A stretch of DNA of 64,000 bases from Tubulanus polymorphus (lineage: Eukaryota; Animalia; Nemertea), in assembly GCF_964204645.1 (NCBI RefSeq), contig NC_134036.1:10395859-10459858 (forward strand), in the 5' to 3' direction. The notes under the pieces were generated by a model. It saw only the letters and a list, made by a program, of their open reading frames with translations, did not search any database and was not told the origin of the DNA. Shown here in pieces: positions 1 through 13,239 of the stretch (its first letter is position 1; every line of letters begins with the position of its first letter). A program made the translations under genes and the position numbers.

Positions 1-2120
1 TTTTAACTTATCCAATGATTACAATTCCCACAATGAATGGTATTTAATTTTGTCTAAATAGTAATATACAATGTAAGCCGAAATATCATCTTTCTTATTT
101 ATATTCTTTATCATTATTAGTACATTCAAATTTAAACACACAAACTCTTATTAATCAAAATAATAAAACTCTTTAATATTACTTTTTAATATTACTCTTT
201 AATATTACTCCTTATTATCGATTTATCAGACTAAGGGTCAGCGAGTGTTTCATAAGTTTATTTCATAATTGCTCATTTCCACGAATTCTTCTCATGACTA
301 CAGCGCCGTGATTACCTTCAAAGTGATTTAGAATGCTCGTCTGATACAAGTATAAATGTTTCAGACAAACAACCATTAAGGCGGAAAATGTATTATCGTA
401 CATAAGGAACAATGCGCGTGTTCTCCCAGGACATGCTAAGAAACCTACGTATATAAATCGTTTGATCTTTTGAAAGTACAATTCAGCTGCGGATCATCAC
501 TCCCCACTCAGCTTAAAATTTCGTCCCGAAATTTTGAATTTAGACAACCTCTGAAACACAAGCCGACACCTCATGAAAAACCCTGAAAAACCCTGAAAAA
601 GAAAGCAGCAACAAACGCGTCTTTTTCCCCAAAGATATTAACTAGACCATATTCTAAAACTACTCGTTAAAGTTCATAGTAATAACACGCACTAAAAGTT
701 CAGGATTACAGTTCACCAAAACCACAAATTAAAGTTCAGGATACCCGCTCTGAAAATGAAAGTATCTTGAGACCGCTGCCTCGGCTAATACCGTAAAAAG
801 TCTAGCACTTAACATCACCGCAATTACGAAGTTTGAAAATATTCTGCATGAAAACGCAACAGCAACCACAACAACACAGTACACCATGGACGGACGAATG
901 ACGTTATCCAACGCAGTTCCTCGCAGCCTAATAATACACCATCCAGCGCGAAAACACGCAATATCAATGGCTTCAACGTAGAACCAGATTTACGATACAG
1001 GAGTCTATAACTTCTCCACAGTTTATATCGCAACATACGAGTCGAAAATACCACAACGCTTGTAGTACAACGAAGCTGAATACGGCGCGCTGGAACATCG
1101 AGTTCATACATCCGCCATTTAGATCGGTTTAACGCAAATGTCGTCGGCGAATTTCACGATTTCTTGCATGCAGCCAGGTGTTTTGTCCCCAAGGAGTTAT
1201 CACAAGTCCGTGAGTATAACGATTTTCGCAAGAGGGACAACACCATTAACACTGGCTGACTGCATGACTAACAAAACACTGATACATACATCTCCAGGCC
1301 TACGCCTAAACGCAACTGTATAGGCCGGATTTCTTGTCATCGACGGCCTTGCATCTTTAAAAATGGACGTGGCTCCTAGTGTCCTATGTCCCGACCATAC
1401 CAGATGTTGGCCCATGCTGTTCTATGCGTCCAGCAATAGAGTCTCGGGATACCTCCCAACAAGTCCTCATCTCCATATGGTCACTATCAGGGAAGTACCC
1501 CTCAACGTCTATCGCAGCAGACAGGAAAAAAAACGGTCTTGCATCCAAGTGCTGTCATGTTGGTCGGTCTCAAACCACTCGAAACGGGTACCCTACAAGC
1601 AAAAGACAACGACAATATTACATAACAATTAGAGACAACGACAGTCTATTATACAAATTCCATAATCATATTACAAGTCTGGTCTATTATATCGACATTC
1701 TTAACAATGAAAAATAAAAGAAATAGAGCCTTCTGTTTTAACCATCTACTGCTATCAATTTAGTCAACAAAACTTCCTCGCTATGATGACCCTACTCGTT
1801 TCATTGTTCGTTTAATTAATTGTATAACTTAATGCGTAAACGTATATCCAACATAAATATTACCTAAAGTAACCACTTAGATAGGCATAAAATATCATAT
1901 ATGGTTATTATATATCGTATAATTATCCGTAAACGAAAATGACATGATCAGCCTGATCAAATAACAATTGCAAAATAATCTTATCACGACTATACTTACA
2001 AAGCCGTCTTATAAATTCAGGAAAAAGTGCCCATAGGAAACTCCTGCCAGAATATTAACATCGCGAGGAGAGTATAACACTAACTCCTCCAAATGCGATG
2101 TTACTAAGTGATTCAAAATC

Positions 2121-3780
2121 TCAATAAAGACGTGGATACAGACGACCCTCATTTGCCAACATCGATCGCCTAGGTATGTCGAAGGACGGAGGACCTGATG
2201 GCAAATGATTGGCCAACGACGATTCTAGGACCAGAATGCTCGGTTGTTGAGTGTCGGTCTGAGCTTCAACGTCAACAGCGACAATTTCAGGTTCAACTGA
2301 TGACACTACGAGTTTCGCCGCTTCTCTCAGTTCCACACTCAACGAACGATAACTAGCCACAATGATTGCTTTACTAGATACCGATAACATCTGCCTCATT
2401 TCAAACAGACTTATCTTCAGAGGCACCGAGCATGATTTTGGTAAATTATAAACCGTCCCCTGTGAACAGGTCATTTGTTTTTCGTGCCAAGTTAAATTCA
2501 ATCGAGCAACCCCACAAGTGACCTGTAAGGCGACTCTAGTAAGAGCTGGTGGCTCTAAATAACATTCAGATTTACATCCAGACAGCGTTAGTAAAGGTAA
2601 ATCGAGCCTATGTATTCCATTCTTAATTCGCAGCATCAATCTAACTGGATACATACCAGGCGAGCATGCTGCAGGTAAACAATGCCTGCATCTATAAAAT
2701 AAAGCACGTAACAATGGTCGAAAAACAATTATCAAAATTCCTACGATTAACAAAAACATCCACCCGAATATTTTCAGCCACGACCACTTCCTTGATAACT
2801 GAATTATTCCAACCTCCAGAACGTAAATCGTGAATAGAGGGGTGAATTGTGACCATGGCTTGAGCGGGCGGAAGAAATCCTGCTCCTAACACTGGTATTA
2901 ATCCTTGAGATTTTAACAAAACAAATATCGACAGTAACATGCTACCTGCGGATAGACCTATTGCAAGCCAAGTCATCCAACCAGTGCTACCACCATTTGA
3001 AATAACTGGCTCCTGGTGATCAAATAATGCATCGACTTGGGAACGGTAAAGTTTTGACTTTTGACTGACAGTTTGGGCCAGTTTCTTAAAATCCATACTA
3101 AATTTAGTATCAACTGCCGCCACCTTTGACCAATTGTTGGTTTTAAAATCCAAAACAGGCAGCGGTGCGTATGGTGTACCCTGGAACATCGTGGCTCCAG
3201 TAACATTTGAAACTGCATTTTTCCCGAAGAAACTATGAAGGACGGGAAGGTTCACAGCGTGTGCAATAGTTACAGTGTCCTTTTTTATGCATTTATTAAT
3301 TCGACCAGGGACATAAAACGTTGAACCCCGCAATGCACATGCACAACCAATTTTAATCAAGCAAAAACGACATGCTGGAATCGCTTGTGGTGACTTGCCG
3401 GGGCATGCGAGAGTCCAAAAGTCATCACTGCCTGATACAAGGAAATAGCCGTCGCCCACATCAGCCGCTAGTTCGGCGAGGCCCCCGACCTCGTACCTTA
3501 TGTGACATAGCGCTAACACCCGTGAGGGCCTGTCGAAGAAAAGACTACTTAGGCACGAATCAACGGTAATTTCGCGCATGGAGATGCGCTGCTGGCAAGT
3601 CATCACATCGGTAACATGACAAGTGGAAAAGATATCATGGCCCATTTCTGTATAATAGTTACCATCCCTGGTCGCGCCAAAATACGGGGCGTCCCCACGA
3701 TCATTGAAGTGTTATATGATGTGGCGTTTATTGGGACCGGCATAAGGACCACGGAATACAAATCAAAATAGGTCTGACTA
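2121..3780 (-). pseudogene. env: Envelope glycoprotein (baculovirus-F/errantivirus-like), N-terminally deleted, frameshifted, with two hydrophobic segments and a long C-terminal tail
   Basis: FDLYSVVLMPVPIN near 3770, then ORF 2692-3645 with Cys pattern CLSSLFF..LCHIRY..WTLAC..CRFCLIKIGCAC and TM WLAIGLSAGSMLLSIFVLL. Frameshift into ORF 2121-2759 (second TM FLLIVGILIIVF). Confidence 0.85.
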
Positions 3781-4575
3781 GACTAGATCGATCTCAGGCA
3801 ATCCTATGTCAGCTGATGTCTGCGGCTCGTTAACCTGAGTAAAATTGACCTCTGGTGGCTTTGGAAGCTGGCCAAAATCCCCCTTAGTTGACAGCGGCTG
3901 ATGGACCGTCCATCCCTCTGTCCATAAATGACCCAAGCACGTACCCTCATACAAGGTCACATGTCGGGATGTAGGGTTCATGACCCTAATGGGAATCCCT
4001 GTTGAAGTGACATCAACTACTGACCTAGCGCCTAACAAATCCTGAGTGCGAAGATGGTTAGATGGCTCAAATACAGCAAACGGCGCTGGAGGTTTGTCCG
4101 ACTAACAGTTCCCGTTCACAATTACTTCACACGAAGGTGGGACAATTGTCATTTCGGTCACTTTAACTGTCGAGGGTTTTCCTAGATTGACTGTATTGCT
4201 ACTAAAATGGATTGTGTCGGCACCTGGCAGCAGGAGAGCTCTCTTGCCGTAATCAATAACAGCATGTTGCTGTTCTAGGAAGTCTGCTCCGAGAATAACA
4301 TCGGAGCTCACGTCATCGACAATATACATAGAATGGATGAGATCTAGATTACCCAGCTGAAAGTTTATATCTACTAATCCTCGCAAGTTAAACTTACTAC
4401 CATCTACCCAACGAGCGGAATTGAATAGTCCTTCTCGCGTTTCACCTGACTGAATCTGCGGATTTCTATGTAAACAACCACTATTTAAAACTGATATTTC
4501 CGCGCCGGTGTCAATAAGAATATTAAGTGGTATACCAGAATGATGACCAACTACCCGATTAGCAACAGTTGCCAT
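3781..4575 (-). pseudogene. pol: Retropepsin aspartic protease plus Gypsy post-protease spacer (pol N-terminus), in-frame stop, truncated before RT
   Basis: LIDTGAEISVL catalytic motif and DVILGADFL; downstream IPIRVMNPTSRHVTLYEGTCLGHL typical of Gypsy pol. Stop at 4102; joined directly to env near 3780. Confidence 0.9.
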
Positions 4576-4994
4576 TGCCGTCCTGTTTGGCAGAAGGCAG
4601 CTTCCGCTGACCTTGGTGACTTCAATTCGGACTGATTTGTATCTTCGACCACACCCTGATTTAGTATTTTACCACTCTCTGAGTATTTTACCTTGTGATC
4701 AATTTTATTTGATGGCATAATTTCGCATTGTACCGCTGATTCAACTGTCGCAGGGCAACTCTGTTGCGCGACTTCATGCCCCTTAATTATCGGAGAACCC
4801 TGTTCCCGCATACCGTCGCCAGTCGTCGAATTCCCCGGATCGACATTCAGACTGCAGCGCGGCCTACTATCATAACACACATTAAGGCATCATTTTTTTC
4901 GTTTGAATCTCATCTATAACCACCGGATCACAAAAATTGACTTTTTTATGCCCTTCTCCATAGAATTTATCCCCAAATCGAACTTCATCTTCTT

Positions 4995-5665
4995 TTAAGT
5001 CATTTTCAAATTCAACGTTCCAGAATAATCTTTAAGTTCAGTTTCATCAAAATAATAAGAATAAGTCCAATCAGTTTTCAAGTCTTGAACATATTCTGAT
5101 GGATCAAAAAATTCGCAATCATCTAGACACGATTGCGACGACAAATACATGTCCTCATTATAAGAATCACCATTTCTACAGGAAGAATCATCGTAATACC
5201 AGTGTTGATAGTAGTGACTATCATCCCACCAGAAATCAGATTCCCCTAGCGACGCATTTGTTGCGGGCCGTATTGTCGATTCGTCACTGGGCGGCCATTC
5301 CTCATAGGATGTTCGTTGGCTACACTGGGGCGACCATTTGTGGTTGTTCGACCCCACCCTTGCTGGTCTCCTACAGGATGAGGTCCCATGGCGGTTCCCT
5401 TATTTGGCCAATTCAAACCTGGGCGTTGATTGCTAAATCTTCTATTGTTGTAATAACGTCTTGAGTTTGCCGGGCTGGAATTATTAAGATTCCTGTCATC
5501 TGGGCGCCTCTGATATCCCTGATCCACTTGCCAGGTAAGTAGGGCAGTTACGGGCGTAATGTCCCGGGGCGTGGCAGCGGTAACAAATCACGCTCCCTCC
5601 GCTTCATCTCTGTAGAGATCGCCTTTCATCTGGAGATACTCCCCTCTCATGCTGGTCATGGCGTC
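4995..5665 (-). pseudogene. gag: Gag C-terminal region with CCHC zinc knuckle, 5'-truncated
   Basis: Reverse translation of ~5530-5592 gives VICYRCHAPGHYARNCP (CX2CX4HX4C), followed by an N/R/Q-rich low-complexity tail. Confidence 0.85.
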
Positions 5666-6256
5666 TAGGGTTCGAATAAGTATAGAACTCCTATGAATAA
5701 ATACAGCATATAATAGCACATATTATTCGTATGCAGGCCTACTTGTCTGTGAAGGTTCTTCGGTTTGTTACTGTTGCCTATTTTGTGGCTGAAAATAATG
5801 AATAATGAAAAACCCTCATCAACTTTGAGGTGACTGTTAAGTGATACCACACGTTCTGCAGGCCATAAAAAATTACTTGATTCTCATCAGTTGTGATCAA
5901 CATATCGGAGAGGGAGGTTTATATTTTGTATGAAATAATATTGATTTATGATGATTTTATATCCGTCATATTCATCTAAAAACGACTCTGTCACAATAGC
6001 AAGGCCCATTGAGGTTGCGATTTTTTTTAAACCAAAACCGCTTGTCACTGAACAGAAGTGGGTCAATGTTTGCTGAACTGAACTAGCTTTCAATAATCAT
6101 TAAATGTGAACTAATTTGAGTGCTATGTGTCACTATTATCTTAAGTGTTTACAATTCGGAGTGGGCGCTGATAAGAATCAAATAATTTATTTCATAAGAT
6201 CTAAATGTCATCAAGATGCTGAAGTACTGGTACAAACAAATTGTTGTATTTTTCAG

Positions 6257-6778
6257 GTTTTCTTTCTTGTCAAGTGGGAAACTTATAGTATAACTCATTG
6301 TTCCTGGGAGCCGTCTTCACATCTGCCACGTCATTTTATTGATAATTACGAGGAACCAAATATTGAACCCACACGAATTTCATTTTGGTCCGATCGTTTT
6401 TCGGAAGCTGTTAGAAGATTAGTCCTAACTGAATGAGTAGTAAGGGCAAACATCGAATTTCCGCTGGATATTTATCGTTATGTTTTTTACGGAAAGGGAA
6501 CTCTTCTTAAAAATGGATACTTGTCTCTTCAAAAACGCGACTTTGATAAGTTACAACTCGACGCTGCTTAGAATTATCGTATCAATAAACATGGGCAGGG
6601 ACTCAGAATACTATTCCCTGTAGAATTAAAAGCAAAACTATGGTTTAGTCGAAGAATTTATTACGTAAATGAGAACAAAAATCTTGATTTTGGGAACAAT
6701 CACCCACTCGAGAAAATAATCGTCCGATGTGTAACTATTGCGTGCGATACGGCGACATTGAATGATGAAAATTCGTAG
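6257..6778 (+). pseudogene. Chromodomain-containing accessory protein (spliced; two in-frame stops)
   Basis: After acceptor tttttcag: FLVKWETYSITHCSWEPSSHL (chromo consensus LVKW.GY....WEP..NL). The frame continues through stops at 6434 and ~6568 to TAG 6776-6778. Confidence 0.65.
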
Positions 6779-7071
6779 TTTGTATTGAACTTAGTTGACT
6801 TTAATGTCAAGCTGTAGTGAGTGGTCATTTATTCAAGAATTTCATTTTAAGACTGCAGATTGGAACTGTATTTGTGTTTTTTTTTCATGAATATTTGACA
6901 TCAGAACTTGTAGTTGTCTTTTTTTGCGATTGTTCGACTGCAGTTTGTGGTTTTGTAATTTTTCCTATCCTTCATTTGGACTTCACTTACCTCGGACCAA
7001 TTTTGCCAGTCCCAGTTTGTCCGAGTTAGGCAAGGTTTAACTGCAGAACTGGTTTTGTATTTTTTGTACTT

Positions 7072-9607
7072 ATGACACTACAGAACTGGAGTGTTAGTTA
7101 TTTACTTCTGTTTACAATCATATTTAGAACTTGCAATATGTCTCTTGGAGATATCGAATATAAGTACAAATTGAATTTAGTTACACGTAGTTTCAGTACA
7201 TCTGCTGATGTTGTACTTAGCTTACAAATGGACTATGGTCTAATCAAAGAATTTCTAAACTTCAAGCAAAAATACAAAGATGCTAGCTATGTTTTATTAT
7301 TGAATGTAGCCCTTCCAAACTTTGTTCAGTTGCACCATACTGAACGTCTGAATCAAAGAATCAAAGAAATCTGTTCCTCTGTAAAAAACAAGTACCAGAA
7401 CTTGTCCGGTAGAAGGTACATGGAACTGAATGCTAAAGTGTGGTCAATGGGCATATATGCCCATGAACTAGTTGATGTTGGGGGGCAAGTTCAGAATTGT
7501 AAAATTTTGACCTCTGAAAACTGTGACCTACACAGAAGGATTGATCTACTTTTGAAATCAATCATTGAATATCAAAACAGTACCCACTCCTTGTCTACCA
7601 AATGTCAGGAACAGCAAATAGAAATTGAAAGATTGAGCTCATCATTAAGTAATTATCTAGACAAGGTTTATAACAATCCTATCAAGACAAATAGTGGGAA
7701 ATTATTTCATGATCTTAGTGATTGGCAACAAAAGCGTAGACTTCATTCGCTACATGGGGAAATTGAAAGGGCTCTATGGTTTATGGAAACATATGGCTTG
7801 GAAATTGACTCCTTGACTGTAACTAGTGGAACTAACGAGCATAATATCAATTTTAAATCTGACAACAGCAGGAACATAGGTAGTTATGAGAAATTGTCAG
7901 ACTCCGTGAAGGACAAATTGAAAAATATTTTGTATGTGCTAGACTCATTTTGTATCAGCGATGCTGCCTACCATGAATTGACCGTTCTTGATTCAGAATT
8001 ACCAAAGAAGTCACTTATAGTTCAATGTAGGGAATCTCTGTCAGATATATATTCCATACATAGGGCTGTTGGGGGAATACCAGGAGCTTACATAAGTTTC
8101 CATGAGCAAGTAGCTCTTCTGGTTAAGAATGACCCTTCTCTTCAGTCTGCTGAGAAAATTGTCATAAAATTGCGTGGTGATGGAGCAAACATGAGTCGTG
8201 TTAGTAGTTTCCTAACTATGTCACTTGCCATTCTGAAAGAAGGGGCAAACACAGGTGTACCTATTCCTATTGCAATTCTTAACCAGTCTGAATCGTATGA
8301 TTCTATCAAGAATGGTCTCAAGCCACTCATTGAAGAAATCAATGAAATATTGATTCAAAAGAAAATGGCTATTAATGGTCTATCATATGAGGTTGAAATT
8401 GTATTAGGTGGCGATATGAAATTTTTACAACTGTTGTGTGGTTTAAAAGGCAGTACAGCCAATCAAAGTTGTCCATGGTGCAAAGTGCACAAAGACAACA
8501 GACATGAGTGTAATCATAATTGGGATCATTTTCATCAAGATCCTCTTGTCAGAACCTATGATAATTTAGTGAATGATGCCCTTGAATCCAAAAACGGGGT
8601 AGACCATCTACATATATTAAAGATAGATCCAGGAAACATTGTTATTGATGAGCTTCATCTATTACTAAGAATATTTGATGTATTATTGCGTAATATCATC
8701 ACTGATGTTAAGGATCTTGATGACTTTGCCAGACTTGGCCAGCTAGATACTGCTAATCAACCACTAATAGGAGATAAACTACAAAATCTTTGTAAACTGA
8801 TAAACTCATGTGGTGTGACTTTCAGGATATGGGAAGTCAGAGATCCATTAACACATAAAGGTACTGGCAAACTTGATTGGACATCTGTTCAAGGACCCGA
8901 TGTAAAAACCATTATGACACTTCTACCTCAGATGTTACAGGGGTCAGATGTCATGCATGCACAGACAAAACATGATGTATTACAACTGTGGATTAATTTC
9001 TTTGATTTGTACAAATATTTGTCTGATGATACACATGTACCAGAACTATTGGTTTTCTTTAAAAATGTGAAAAATTGGATCACTGATTTTCTCAGTCTTG
9101 GTTCTCAAAGGAAGGGATACAAGAAGGCCAATATCACACCCTATATGCATGCGCTTCTTTTCGATGTACCTTTCTTTTTGGACAAATTTGGTCCGCTCAA
9201 AAGGTATACAGGACAAGGGATAGAAAAGTTGAATGCGATTATCAAAAGGTACACATGGCTAAGACCTGTAAGGCTGATTCAACTAAGGAGGTATAAACGG
9301 TCCTGAAAAGAATAGAACATTTAAAGGACTCTGGCCATGAAAGAAAGAAAAGGGCATATAAGAAAACTGATCAAATTACTGGTTGTGGGAAAAGCACTCC
9401 CGGGCTCAAAGAAAAAAGCGTAGAATACTGCAGGAGATACAGGAAAATTGTGTTCCATGTGATCCTGTACCTGAAAGTGTTGAGGGATTAAGGTCTGATC
9501 TTTTGAAAATGGGTCTTAAAAGTATGCGTAGAACCTATGAACCCTTGAATAAATTATTCTTGATGAAAAGAGAGATTAAATTGATTATTAATGTTATTAA
9601 AGCCTAG
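7072..9607 (+). CDS. RAG1/Transib-like DDE transposase (744 aa ORF; C-terminus frameshifted)
   Basis: Ordered motifs KLRGDG, GGDMKFL..CG, CPWC, DELHLLLRIFD, ITPYMH, TGQGIEKLN parallel the RAG1/Transib core. Frameshift near 9250 with tail in ORF 9383-9607. Confidence 0.75.
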
Positions 9608-11874
9608 CAATTCAAAATGAGGTACGAAAGCCCTGCGAATCAGTGGTTGGGCTAAGAAAATAGCCATCATGAATGAGTGGTGCCCTTTTCTTTCTTTCAT
9701 GAGTGTTGCCAATTTTTCCTGATTTCGGGATTTTGACATGCATAATTCCAAAATTATTTTGATTATAGTGTAAAAATGCGATGATTTTGAAGGTGCAGAC
9801 ACCCATTTTCAGAATTTTTGTACATGTAGTAAGAAATTAATTTGAACATGTATGAACTTAAATTATTTTTCCAAAAATTATCTGGAATTTGACCAATTGT
9901 TGTAAAAATGTGATGATTTTGTGGAACCATCGATTTAGTATGTATATACGCATGGCTCGGAGAGGGTGGGTCCTGAGATCTCTAAATACATAAGACATAC
10001 TAAATGCATGACCCCTTTCATGAGAGAAGAGTATATTGATGTTGATTGATGAAGTTGTCTTTCATTTTGTGTTATGTATTCTGTCCATTCTGTGTTATGT
10101 ATTTTGTCTCAAAATAATTACTAATGTTTGTATTTATATGTTTATTTTTCTGTTTTTAAAAATAAAATGTTTGCTTATATTACATGTATTCTCAATTACA
10201 TTTATCTGGATCAGATGGTGGATTCAATATTAACAATTTTGGAAAGGATTTATTTTTCGAAAACTGCTTTTGGACAAAATTTGATGGAATAGCCTAATAC
10301 CAGGGTCCGTAGCGGTCTTTAAATTCCATGAAGGTTTTTGAATTATGTTGCTGGGGAAATACTAGAATCTTTAAATTTGAAAGCCTGTCTTTGGAAGTCT
10401 TTAATGTTATCGATTATCGCCGAGTTGTATGGTGTACGGACATTTATTTACTGAAGACAATTCAATGCGTAGCAACAGTCAGCGCCTCGTGATGTCAGTG
10501 TAAGTCAGTGTACACGGGGCTAAGCGCTCGATATGCAGATTACTGATGTATAGAGGCCTACAAACACCATCACATACACGCTCTAGTCACCATGCTGGCA
10601 GCACATCCAGTGCTCATATATTGGGGCGCGCGCGCGCGCTCGCGCTATACGTTTTGTTTTAATACAGTGTTTGAATGAAAACAGTTTTTTTGAATGCAAT
10701 ATACTACATGAATTATCATTTTTAGAGTAATTATCGGTCTAATAATTATCAGTAAGTATTTGAAATGATTTATATTGGGTCATGAGGGGGAAGGTGCGGT
10801 ATCGGCATTGACGAGGTGGACGGAAACCGAGAAAATTAGGGCCTACGGTTGAAAAAATCATTTGAGAATATTATATTCTGAGGGACGAGCCTATTTCAGA
10901 GGAGATTTTTATTAAATGGGAAGGGTGATGATGTCATAGGATTTACTAAGGCAAAAATTGCGTGGCGTGTCCACGGTGTCGTCAAATTTGTGATTTTAAG
11001 CGTCCATTTAAAACCTTAAAATTTTTCTGATTTTTACAGAAAGGCCGGTTTTTGGCTCTAAAATGGAAAAATCAAATCTGCGACTATCCGAATTTGTCTT
11101 ACGCCGTTGTGACCGTAGAGACCCGTATATGGCGACTGTATAGTCAACTCATGCATAAAATGCATTTTTGCTCCATCTATTGACAGCGAAACACACTAAG
11201 ACACCACTCAACGCGTGCCCGTAATGGGAAAAACACTTGACTTTACCGATCAATTTTTACGGTTAATTTGGAATAACTTTTCTCTGCAGTCGGTAAATGA
11301 TTTTTACATCACGAGAATCACATTATTCTAAAGTAAATTTATCAATACTCAACTTTTTACAATAAAACATCATGGAAGATTAACTGCCGTTTAAATCAAA
11401 TCACTAACACAAAACTCAATAGCGCGCGAGCTTCAACAATGCGTCGATGGCTGTCATGCGCAACAATGGATTTACGAGAAAGTTCGGCATGGGGATTCGA
11501 ACCTGACAGGTACAGGCTATCGCGTTCGGTTTCGTAGCGAACGAGATCCGTCCACCATTTTCAACGTTGCCGAACCCCGTCGAACCTCACGCCGTTTTTC
11601 AGTTTGTCACTCATTATCTACATTATTTTGATATAAAGGTAAGTAATTTCATATATTTTAGTTGCTAGATCGCATAAATTTGGGCCTTAGATCGAGTTGA
11701 ATAACGCGTTGGACAAAAAGCCTGTTGTAATGAGCAATTATAGAGGCTACGACCATTCCTTCTGGACCCGGGGCCCTGCCTGCTTCCCTTTTCTGGCTTG
11801 CCCCTTTATTTTTCGTTGAAATTTTTTTACCTAGTTCCTTTAAACAATGATAATATGCCTTCTCTACTTCGTAG

Positions 11875-12762
11875 CTAGTGAGACATACTACGTAGAAGAG
11901 ACTTATATCCTTCCATTGAAAAAATGTTAGATTCTGATTCATTTGATAAATCGTTCCAACTACTACCTAGCAATCGTTCCTTATTGAACCAATTAGTCAT
12001 TGAAGAACTCGCTCCATTAAATCTGACATAGGCAACGGTTTTTCCAGCCTGGTAGAGCTCTACTTGTACCTAGATAGACATGTAAATTAAACTGTCATTT
12101 CAATGAACCAATATTATAATGGTTGGTTTTCACGATAGTTTTATATCTTTTAATAACAAATGTTCCTATAAATGACAATAATTGTGAAAACGACGCCAAG
12201 TCGAACTATCAACACCACGTGATTAAAACACTGACCTCTTTCATTCATTTACATTCATGTTGCCCCATGCATCCACATGAGGACTCTTCCAAACAAAGTT
12301 ACATTCTATCGTCGGTTCGGGTCTACTGGGCGGGCATTGGTCATTGTATGGTTTTGTCCACGCTTCATAAACACCTTTATTAGTCCCTTCACTGGCAACA
12401 AACACCAGTCTCCAAGGGCTATCGCCGTACGCAGTCTCGCGAATTTTTACAAGTGGTTTCACTTTAAACATTAGCATGTATACAATATATTCTGAATACG
12501 GAATTTCAATAAATAAACACTTAAAACAGTAATCGTAGTCTTACTTACCGCACGATGACCCTAAAATATGAAAAAGGAGTTATCGAAATCGGACAAAAGA
12601 AATTATAATGCAACATGTCGGTGACGTATTAAAACAATATTTGATGTCAAACACTCGGGCGTATTACACAGTTTCAGTACATTGAAACTTACTACGGTTA
12701 TCCTGCGATATGCATGACGTCACAAACAACGACATGGCTACCAGCGTTATGAAATATTTCAT
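11875..12762 (-). CDS. Spliced secreted protein of an uncharacterised invertebrate family (partial or pseudogene)
   Basis: Exons 12762-12693 (signal MKYFITLVAMSLFVTSCISQ), 12-nt microexon 12560-12549, 12461-~12240 (WRLVFVASEGTNKGVYEAW) and 12069-~11890 (VQVELYQAGKTVAYVRFNGASSSMTNWFNKERLLGSSWNDL). Canonical GT/AG sites. TGA at 12241 unless the donor gtaaat just before it is used; 3' exons not found. Confidence 0.7.
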
Positions 12763-13239
12763 CTGACATTATAGATACATGTCAGGTTTATGTCACCCTG
12801 ATTTAAGTTGCATATTTTATAATCATATATATCTACAATTTCATATCGAATGGTTCATAATATTTCATATCTCTTACAACATGAAATGCTTAATGATAAT
12901 AATAATAATAATGTATATAACTTGTCTGACACAGTTTTCACATTATACTCGTGATTCTGTATATAAACCAATGGTGCCACTGCTCATTCATTCTTTATCT
13001 AAGTCAAAATGTTGTGAAAAACAAAACTTTTAGTTAGCGGGAACTCGAACATGGATTGGTAATTCATGTCTTAAATATGTTTTTAGATTGACCCTGCTAC
13101 GTTAATCTAGTCCACTTGATACTCAAGAGGACAAGATAAGCATAGTGGTGAAGTGTTTCTCCGGCCCTGAGTGCGGGGTGCCACATCTTTCGCGATTGGC
13201 GTCACAGCAAAACGGATACATGTTTCCGTCTCCTGTTTC

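Larger units (their letters stand above)
1..5665 (-). mobile_element. Gypsy/Metaviridae-type LTR retrotransposon with env, copy 1 (gag 3' part, protease, deletion of RT/RNaseH/IN, env 3' part, ~2 kb 3' UTR running off the window start)
   Basis: Minus-strand order: CCHC knuckle (~5530-5592), DTG protease, F-type env. Bases 1-2071 are the near-identical reverse complement of 30958-33035, which follows a Gypsy integrase. Confidence 0.9.
5666..10296 (+). mobile_element. RAG1/Transib/Chapaev-related DNA transposon (accessory chromodomain gene plus transposase); boundaries approximate
   Basis: Interrupts gag at 5665 and contains a DDE transposase. Right end tentatively at ...gatggaatagccta (10296); no convincing matching left TIR seen. 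Confidence 0.6.

Noticed and set aside
263-1717. Short ORFs also present at 31394-32738
   Set aside because: They recur only because the Gypsy 3' UTR is duplicated; no motifs, and frames differ between copies.
5666-5700. Left TIR for the RAG1-like transposon
   Set aside because: Only TAGG matches the tentative right end; no heptamer-like CAC terminus or TSD found.
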